IMG/VR virus record: IMGVR_UViG_3300036781_000418
Location: 278,592-342,591 of that record
Reading direction: 5' to 3' (one strand)
Length of the DNA stretch: 64,000 bases
The translations under genes were made by a program, and so were the position numbers. The notes beneath the pieces were generated by a model. It did not search any database, was not told the DNA's origin, and worked only from the letters and a program-made list of their open reading frames with translations. How positions within the stretch are numbered: position 1 is the stretch's first letter; every line of letters starts with the position of its first letter. This document shows positions 57,661 through 64,000 of this stretch, one piece after another.

Positions 57661-58115
57661 GCTCTGTTTGCTTTCTCAAATTCAGCTTGCTTGGCGTCCA
57701 GCTCCTTAACCATGGTTGGAACAAGCTTAAGCACCTTGTCAATTGCTTGTAGCACCTGCTTTACGTCGAGATCACGAGCTTTAAACGAGCTAAAGCCATG
57801 GCGCTCTTTATTGTCGAAGACCTCACCATTGTCCTCGTCAAGCACACTTGCGAAAATCGTCCAAGTGTTCTTATTAGGCTCACAATAGATGATGACGTTT
57901 AGCACCACTTCGCCGCGCGCAATCTTCCAGATCTGCCAATCGTTGTAGTTGAAGTAGACGGCTGGATGGACGCCAGGACGTTTAACTGGATCGTAAATTA
58001 CTGTCTTCTCAAAGTTGTGCTTCTGCATGTACTTGATGAACAACTTCAAGTCCGTTGACGCGTCCTCTGGATCGTAGTCGGCGTGATCGTTTTCTAGGAG
58101 CAGGTCGAGTTTCAT
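57657..58115 (-). CDS. Putative internal head protein, array member 3
   Basis: MKLDLLLEN leader. Confidence 0.6.
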   Translation of the reverse strand: MKLDLLLENDHADYDPEDASTDLKLFIKYMQKHNFEKTVIYDPVKRPGVHPAVYFNYNDWQIWKIARGEVVLNVIIYCEPNKNTWTIFASVLDEDNGEVFDNKERHGFSSFKARDLDVKQVLQAIDKVLKLVPTMVKELDAKQAEFEKANRA

Positions 58116-58723
58116 GGAAACTTCTTCTTAAAAGTTTCGATATACTTCTTAGCTACCTCGAAGGCCTCTTCAGGCGTCTTAATGTTTTGGCGAGCACCGC
58201 CAATGATGTACTTCTTGTCGTACTTTTCAACGTTGTGGAAGCGTACGCTTTGAGTGCCGTGAAGGTGTTGAATGAAACTGTTGGTACGAACAGCCCACAC
58301 CCCGTGTTCAAACTCAGCAACTACTGTGAATTTTAGCTCGCCATCAACGTGCGTGACTTCATCCTCAACCCACTGGCTACTCGTGGTATCGTAGTATTTG
58401 ACCCGTGTAACTGGCACCACCCACTTACCGATTGCGTGACCACTGACGGCGTGCTTTGCCGCTGAATGAGTTGCAATACGCGGCACCGTAAACCCATTCG
58501 TCTTAAACATTGCCGCGATCAGCTTAAGTGACGTTGTAACGTCTTCAACGTCAATTTGGTCGGTGAACTGGGCCAGCACCCTGTTGAGCTCACTGTTTCC
58601 AGCGCCAGCCACGATGAACTTGGTAAACTCTGCACGACACTTCAAGAACTGCTCGTCCGTCAGCTCGTCAATAATGTTCTTTTTCGTCTTGCCAATAGCT
58701 TCTAGCAACTGATCAAATTTCAT
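58112..58723 (-). CDS. Putative internal head protein, array member 2
   Basis: MKFDQLLEA leader. Confidence 0.6.
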   Translation of the reverse strand: MKFDQLLEAIGKTKKNIIDELTDEQFLKCRAEFTKFIVAGAGNSELNRVLAQFTDQIDVEDVTTSLKLIAAMFKTNGFTVPRIATHSAAKHAVSGHAIGKWVVPVTRVKYYDTTSSQWVEDEVTHVDGELKFTVVAEFEHGVWAVRTNSFIQHLHGTQSVRFHNVEKYDKKYIIGGARQNIKTPEEAFEVAKKYIETFKKKFP

Positions 58724-59274
58724 TTTGGGTACTTCTTGTTGAACTTTGCGATGATACTACGAATACCAACCAAGGCGGCCGAGGCGTCTTCTACCTTTGG
58801 TGTGGTTATAGGCTTGTCGATGTCGTTATGGCTACGAGTATCCGACGCGGCGGTTGGGTAAGCCGCCACCTCCCACTGTGCGTTGGAATATTCAACGCGC
58901 AAGATGCCTTGGATGGTGTGCATGTTTGGATAGTTGGCACCGGTAGGCCGCTGTGGAAATTCTGCCACCAACACACCCATTGGATTCTTGTAACGGTCCA
59001 GCACGATTTTGTTTCGAGTGACCTCAAGGTCTTCTTGTTCAATGGCCTTCTGGAACAAGTCAAGGTCCACTTGCACGTCGTCCACGTTAACCTCAATGTT
59101 CTTGATCTGCACCAGCAGCGCGTCAATTTCACTGTTGGTCAAGCCGGAGCCAATGATGTTCAGCAGGTGCTCCTTGTTGTCCAGCAACTCCTTGTCGGTG
59201 ATTGTTGCCAGCTTTTTGAGCTTGCTTGGATTGGCGTCCTTAAGAAACGCCTCCGACAGGTGTTCAAATTTCAT
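58720..59274 (-). CDS. Putative internal head protein, array member 1
   Basis: MKFEHLSEA leader; late promoter at 59297-59302. Confidence 0.6.
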   Translation of the reverse strand: MKFEHLSEAFLKDANPSKLKKLATITDKELLDNKEHLLNIIGSGLTNSEIDALLVQIKNIEVNVDDVQVDLDLFQKAIEQEDLEVTRNKIVLDRYKNPMGVLVAEFPQRPTGANYPNMHTIQGILRVEYSNAQWEVAAYPTAASDTRSHNDIDKPITTPKVEDASAALVGIRSIIAKFNKKYPK

Positions 59275-59296
59275 GACTGATCCAGGTTTAAACGTC

Positions 59297-59326
59297 TATT
59301 TAGACAACAGCTGGGCGCCGTAAATA
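59297..59326. promoter_or_regulatory. Divergent late promoters (TAAATA on minus at 59297-59302, on plus at 59321-59326)
   Basis: TAAATA boxes, each inside a short palindrome (GTCTATTTAGAC; GCCGTAAATACGGC). Confidence 0.6.
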
Positions 59327-59350
59327 CGGCAACAATCACCACCATCCTAT

Positions 59351-60178
59351 ATGAGCGCCTACAAGACCCTTGGTATTCCCGAAGGTTCCACCGTCGAGGT
59401 AGCCAAGGCCGCCTACCGCAAACTTGCCATGAAGAACCACCCCGACCATGGTGGCAACGCGGAGACGTTCAAGACGATCAAGTTGGCCTGGGAGGACATC
59501 GAGGCTGGTCGTGTCAAGGCTGCGCCACCGCCCTTCACCGGTTCGACCTCGTTCGGCGACATCCCAAAGCGGCGCCCAGCACCGAAGTCGGCGTACCAGC
59601 ACACGCCCGGCAACCGCCGTCCACGTGACGAGATGCCGCGGATCTACACTCGCACGATCGGCACCAAGCCGCAACACTTCTGCGACATCTACATCACGGA
59701 GGAGCAGGCTTTCGACGGCTGCTTCGTGCCAATCCTGAACGGCAAGGAGCAGATCGACTTCATCATTCGTCCAGGCTGTGGTCAAGGCTCGATCAGCGAG
59801 ACTATCCGCGGCTCCAACGTCATCGGCGCCATGGTCAGTTCGCTGACCGTCCAGTTCAACATCTACATCGTGCACGAGGCGGAAGCCGACGAGGTGCGCA
59901 AGGACATGGAGCTGAACGTTTCCATCTCGGCGCTGGCCTTGCTGGTCGGTGCGACCTTCGGCGTCTCGGACGCGAAGGGGGTACGTGTTGAAGTCACGGT
60001 GCCGCCTGGCTACGACCCAGCCCAGAAGCTGCGTGTCGCTAACCGAGGCTACGGTCCTGACGGCGGGCGCGGTGACCTCCTGCTCTTTCTCAAGCCGGTC
60101 TGGACCAACCCAACCAGCTTCACACCGGTCGAGCGTCAGCTCGCCGTCAACCTCTACACGATGATCAACCAAAAGTAA
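59351..60178 (+). CDS. Second DnaJ/CbpA-like co-chaperone
   Basis: YKTLG..AYRKLAMKNHPDHGG; C-terminal LRVANRG..RGDL. Confidence 0.85.
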   Translation: MSAYKTLGIPEGSTVEVAKAAYRKLAMKNHPDHGGNAETFKTIKLAWEDIEAGRVKAAPPPFTGSTSFGDIPKRRPAPKSAYQHTPGNRRPRDEMPRIYTRTIGTKPQHFCDIYITEEQAFDGCFVPILNGKEQIDFIIRPGCGQGSISETIRGSNVIGAMVSSLTVQFNIYIVHEAEADEVRKDMELNVSISALALLVGATFGVSDAKGVRVEVTVPPGYDPAQKLRVANRGYGPDGGRGDLLLFLKPVWTNPTSFTPVERQLAVNLYTMINQK

Positions 60179-60225
60179 GGTTGAACGAAGCCCCTCAACA
60201 ATTAGAATCGAACTTAGGAAACACC

Positions 60226-60504
60226 ATGAAGATCATCTCAACCGACGCCATCGTCCTTCAGCCGCAGACCAACCACCATGACCTCTTTGAGCTGTTCAAG
60301 GTCGTCGCCGCCAGCGACACCTTGATCGAGTTCACCGTAGATTCGCAGGTTGATCCGGCCGAGTTTCGCGTCGTCGTTGCCGATCAGCTTGGTCAGGAGT
60401 TCATGGCGTTGTCCATGCCTGCCGATGAACCCATCACGATCTCAGACCTCGTACAGCTCTTTGATCGGTTGGGCTACGACACCGACATCAACTACCTTAC
60501 ATGA
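60226..60504 (+). CDS. Hypothetical protein
   Basis: AGGA RBS; TAGAAT upstream. Confidence 0.5.
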   Translation: MKIISTDAIVLQPQTNHHDLFELFKVVAASDTLIEFTVDSQVDPAEFRVVVADQLGQEFMALSMPADEPITISDLVQLFDRLGYDTDINYLT

Positions 60505-61448
60505 GAAACAACGCATTTACCTGGGAAACCAAGCTTCACGCTCTGTTCAACGACATCATCCTGATGGGCGATGAACGAGCTGACCGCACTGGAACTGGCA
60601 CGCTGGCCATGTTCGGCGGCAACCTAACTATCGACCTATCGCGCGGTTTCCCAATGGTGACTACCAAGGCGATGACCTTGCGCCCAATCGTGAGTGAGCT
60701 GCTTTGGTTCTGTGAAGGTTCGGGCGACGAACGTCGGCTGGCTGAAATTCACCACGGTACACGTGACCGATCCAAGCGAACCATTTGGTCGCCGAACGCC
60801 GACGCTACCACGGGTTCTAAGTACACGCCTAAGCAGTATGGTGACCTTGGTGAGGTCTATGGGGTTCAGTGGCGACACTGGCCAACCGTAGACGTCAAGG
60901 AGTACGGCGACTTCATGGAACATCCAGCGGGTGGTACCACGTACTTCAACGCCAAGGTGACGACTGGAGAAGTCGATCAGCTTCAAGCTCTGATCGACGG
61001 CCTGAAGAACGATCCACATGGTCGCCGTCATATCTTGTCCGCCTGGAACGTTGGGCGGCTTGACAAGATGGCGCTACCACCATGCCACATGATGGCCCAG
61101 TTCTACTTGAACAACGCTGGTTACTTGTCCTGTCAGATGTACCAACGTTCAGTGGACACGTTCCTTGGTCTTCCGTTCAACATCGCGTCCTACGCTGCGC
61201 TGACGCATATGATCGCCCACCTAATTGGTGCGAAGCCTGGTGCGTTGAAGATCGTCATGGGTGACACCCACATCTACAAGGATCACCTTGACCAAGTCCA
61301 ACTTCAGCTCAAGCAAGAGATCAAGGACGCACCGAAGCTAAGACCGTTTAGAGACGACATCAAGTCGATTGAGGACTTTTCCATTGATGACTTTGTCCTT
61401 GAAGGCTACACACCTGGAATCAAGATCACTGGAGCCATGTCGGCATGA
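60501..61448 (+). CDS. td: Thymidylate synthase (canonical, dUMP-specific)
   Basis: DRTGTGT, ELLWF, VYGVQWR, SAWN, MALPPCH, YQRSVDTFLGLPFNIASY, HIY. Confidence 0.95.
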   Translation: MRNNAFTWETKLHALFNDIILMGDERADRTGTGTLAMFGGNLTIDLSRGFPMVTTKAMTLRPIVSELLWFCEGSGDERRLAEIHHGTRDRSKRTIWSPNADATTGSKYTPKQYGDLGEVYGVQWRHWPTVDVKEYGDFMEHPAGGTTYFNAKVTTGEVDQLQALIDGLKNDPHGRRHILSAWNVGRLDKMALPPCHMMAQFYLNNAGYLSCQMYQRSVDTFLGLPFNIASYAALTHMIAHLIGAKPGALKIVMGDTHIYKDHLDQVQLQLKQEIKDAPKLRPFRDDIKSIEDFSIDDFVLEGYTPGIKITGAMSA

Positions 61449-61954
61449 GCAAGTCACGCAGCGTCTACCTTTCTTTGCTGCTCAGGCACCAGCCTGAGAA
61501 GGCCAACCTCACCTTGGACAAGGAGGGCTGGGTCACCCTTGAGCAGCTCACCGCCAACACCGACTTCACCGTGCCTGAGCTCGAGGTCATCGTGGCTGAG
61601 GACCAGAAGACTCGGTACTCAATCAAGGACGGCAAGATTCGCGCCAACCAGGGCCACTCCACCGACGTCCAGCTGACCTTCAAGAAGGTCACCCCACCAA
61701 CCGTCCTGTACCATGGCACGCCACGTAAGTCGGTCGAGGTCATCCGCAAGGAGGGCCTTAAGCCGATGTCGCGTCACCACGTCCACCTCAGCGCGTCCTA
61801 CCCAACGGCCGAGCAGGTCGGTGGTCGTCGAGGCAGCGCCGTGGTGCTCATCATCGACACCTTCAAGATGGTCTCGGACGGCGTCCAGTTCTACATCTCC
61901 GACAACGGGGTTTACCTCGTTGACCACGTTCCTTCAAAGTACATTACCGTATGA
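61445..61954 (+). CDS. kptA: RNA 2'-phosphotransferase (Tpt1/KptA)
   Basis: LLRHQP, KTRY, IRANQGHS, LYHGT, RHHVHLS, NGVYL. Confidence 0.93.
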   Translation: MSKSRSVYLSLLLRHQPEKANLTLDKEGWVTLEQLTANTDFTVPELEVIVAEDQKTRYSIKDGKIRANQGHSTDVQLTFKKVTPPTVLYHGTPRKSVEVIRKEGLKPMSRHHVHLSASYPTAEQVGGRRGSAVVLIIDTFKMVSDGVQFYISDNGVYLVDHVPSKYITV

Positions 61955-62244
61955 CCAACTTCAGCCCAGTCCTCGACCGCATCATCGTCCAGCGTGACGC
62001 CGCTCCAACTCAAACCGAGTCCGGCATCCTCTTCCTCGCCAACACGGCGTTGGAAAAGTCCAACCAAGGCACCGTGGTCGCCGTCGGTCCAGGCCGCCAC
62101 AAGCCAGACGGCACGCTCATCCCAGTCGACGTCAAGGCCGGTGACCGCGTCCTGTTCACCCGCTTCAACGGCCAGACCATTGAGGTTGGTGGTGAGGAGT
62201 ACCTCATCCTGGCACCGCACGACATCATGGCCGTCGTCGAATGA
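61951..62244 (+). CDS. groES: Co-chaperonin GroES
   Basis: PVLDRIIV, TESGI, GTVVAVGPG, VKAGDRVLF, GEEYLIL..DIMAVVE. Confidence 0.93.
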   Translation: MTNFSPVLDRIIVQRDAAPTQTESGILFLANTALEKSNQGTVVAVGPGRHKPDGTLIPVDVKAGDRVLFTRFNGQTIEVGGEEYLILAPHDIMAVVE

Positions 62245-62744
62245 ACCGCAAGATCATCATCAACCGCTTCATCCGTCCACTGCGGATCGACGACCGCGGT
62301 GAGCTGGTGACGGACGAGTTCGGCGGAGTCGGCCTCCAATTTCACGGGGTGGAAGAAGGGGTTGAGACTCGTTGGTGGGCGGTGGGAACCTTCCTGGCAC
62401 GCGACACCAAGTTCGCCCGCTCGACGGCCGCCAACGTCTTGACGAAGCTGGCCCAGACTGAGAGCCTCAACGGGGTGAGTGAACGGCTGGTCTTCGGTTC
62501 AACTACCGACAACCTCGTCCAAGAGTTTACCGACTGGGCGGACGCGTACGTCACCAGCGTGGAGAAGCACGGCTGCATCACCGCGTTGGAGCTCTACCGA
62601 AGCAGCCACCTGCAGAAGCTGCTTGAGCAGCTGGTAATCCTTACGTGTGAGAACGACATCATCACTGAGCTTCACGTGAACCTGATGAAGAGCTTGGAAG
62701 GAACGGCGAAAGAATATGACGACGAAGCAAACCCAACTGGGTGA
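62241..62744 (+). CDS. Hypothetical protein
   Basis: ATGA-coupled 167-aa ORF. Confidence 0.5.
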   Translation: MNRKIIINRFIRPLRIDDRGELVTDEFGGVGLQFHGVEEGVETRWWAVGTFLARDTKFARSTAANVLTKLAQTESLNGVSERLVFGSTTDNLVQEFTDWADAYVTSVEKHGCITALELYRSSHLQKLLEQLVILTCENDIITELHVNLMKSLEGTAKEYDDEANPTG

Positions 62745-63204
62745 CATTACATCAGTCTCGAAGGGGATCATCATCCACCAGGTGAACGCCCAAGGCCTGA
62801 TGGGTAGTGGTGTGGCGCTGGCCCTTCGGCGCCGGTACCCGTCCATCTTCGACGACTACGCCGAGGAGATCAAGCCACGCCAGCCCAACCACGCCTCCGC
62901 GCTGTACATGGGTCGGTTGATCATGAGCACGGTGGGTGAGAACCTGAGGGTGGCTCAAATCGTCGGCCAGCAGTTCTGCGGTTCAGACGGGTTGAAGTAC
63001 ACCTCGTACGACGCCCTCGACGCCGGTCTGACGCACCTTGCCGACTGGATCGAAACTCGCGTGGACAACGGTGACATGCCCGCACCGCACATCCACTACC
63101 CACTGATCGGCGCCGGCCTTGGTGGTGGAAACTGGGAGGTGATCGAGCAGATCATCGCCCACCGTCTGGCTCGGTACGAACGGACCCTATGGCGCTTTAT
63201 GTGA
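62716..63204 (+). CDS. Macro domain (ADP-ribose/Appr-1''-p processing) protein
   Basis: GDIT, HQVNAQGLMGSGVA, TSYDAL, PLIGAGLGGGNW. Confidence 0.88.
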   Translation: MTTKQTQLGDITSVSKGIIIHQVNAQGLMGSGVALALRRRYPSIFDDYAEEIKPRQPNHASALYMGRLIMSTVGENLRVAQIVGQQFCGSDGLKYTSYDALDAGLTHLADWIETRVDNGDMPAPHIHYPLIGAGLGGGNWEVIEQIIAHRLARYERTLWRFM

Positions 63205-63902
63205 CCAACACCCAGTTGGCTGGACGCCCATATCCAGCCGACAAGGAAGCTCTTCGCCGCCGTCTCGATGGACCACCCTCACTAGGCCGCCTAGTTGGCG
63301 ATCCAACTGAGGCGTACAACGAGTTCGTGGCCAAGGAGCCTGAGTTCGCCAAGCACATCTTCAAGCTGACGGAGACGTTCGTCGGTCCAGGTGAGCTGCT
63401 GATGTGCTACCTCTTCGACAACGTCACGATCAACTTCAACCGATCGCCTGACCTGCTGGTCGACGGCAAGCCGACGTTCGAGTGTAAGTCCGCCAAGCTG
63501 CCGTCACGCGGTGAGTGGAAGGGCTACGCCGTGGATTTTTCACTAGGTGACATGGGCGCCTACCAGCTCTTCGACGACCTGCATGACTACCGCGTCAACC
63601 ACATCCAGTACAACGGTCAAGACGTACCCGAGCTGACCTCCGTCTACGACATGAAGGCCGCCAGCCTGCGGTACATCAAGAACACTGATATTCCACAACA
63701 CCCGAAGTACGAGACGCTTGAACGCCGGTGGGCGAAGACTACCTACAAAAGCTACATAGAAGATAAGAACTTTCTGTTGTTCGACCGCAGTACGGCAAAG
63801 TTGGTCCACGCTGGACCTCTCTTTCCACACCAGCTGTCGGTTTATCGGGTCCATCGTCAGGTCTATGCCGGCGTGAAGATGCAACCGTCATTGGAGAAGT
63901 GA
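63189..63902 (+). CDS. Hypothetical protein, possible PD-(D/E)XK nuclease
   Basis: GPGE...SPDLLVDG..FECKS. Confidence 0.4.
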   Translation: MALYVTNTQLAGRPYPADKEALRRRLDGPPSLGRLVGDPTEAYNEFVAKEPEFAKHIFKLTETFVGPGELLMCYLFDNVTINFNRSPDLLVDGKPTFECKSAKLPSRGEWKGYAVDFSLGDMGAYQLFDDLHDYRVNHIQYNGQDVPELTSVYDMKAASLRYIKNTDIPQHPKYETLERRWAKTTYKSYIEDKNFLLFDRSTAKLVHAGPLFPHQLSVYRVHRQVYAGVKMQPSLEK

Positions 63903-63911
63903 GAAGGAGTT

Positions 63912-64000
63912 ATGGGCACACACGTCAACACACGCGACAAGACGCGCAAGCACAAGCGTCTGAACGAGGACGCCGACGCGCGTCAACGTCGCATCAGCTT
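63912..64000 (+). CDS. Partial hypothetical protein (runs off window)
   Basis: AAGGAG RBS and ATG at 63912, open to the window end. Confidence 0.45.
   Translation, partial: MGTHVNTRDKTRKHKRLNEDADARQRRIS

Noticed and set aside
60501-61448. td-type group I intron
   Set aside because: ORF is continuous, with only a short in-frame insertion after QWRHW.
1-64000. Genome-wide TGA (or TAG) recoding suggested by the release-factor stop
   Set aside because: Many conserved genes end at TGA at their expected C-termini (TS, GroES, Tpt1, topoisomerase subunits), often as ATGA overlaps, and no other gene appears fragmented.

Overview
64-kb segment of a large, GC-rich, T4-like (probably jumbo) myophage genome. 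No host chromosome, CRISPR array or IS element is evident. All family calls are by eye from motifs; no searches were run. Virion genes lie mostly on the minus strand behind TAAATA late-promoter boxes: three tail fibres, a fibrinogen-domain protein, a Hint-domain tail protein and a tandem array of putative internal-head proteins. Plus-strand blocks encode topoisomerase II (gp39+60 and gp52), DinG and UvrD helicases, TS, DHFR and kinases. They also carry a dispersed cytosine hypermodification kit: a dCMP hydroxymethylase-like TS, a T4 beta-glucosyltransferase homologue, a KdsD-like isomerase and an NTP-transferase/kinase fusion. Other accessory genes are a PrkA-YeaH-SpoVR operon, chaperone cofactors and an RNA/translation-rescue set (release factor, YqeY, Ro60, Tpt1, macro domain, HD alarmone hydrolase, odd tRNA-Arg). 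Best leads: (1) an RF1-type release factor gene interrupted by an in-frame UGA at the family's conserved aromatic (Trp) position, implying readthrough; (2) a ~240-nt structured Y-RNA-like element directly upstream of Ro60; (3) a late operon pairing a periplasmic TAXI solute-binding protein with two T4-holin-like paralogues; (4) six diverged tandem paralogues with capsid-targeting-like N-termini.
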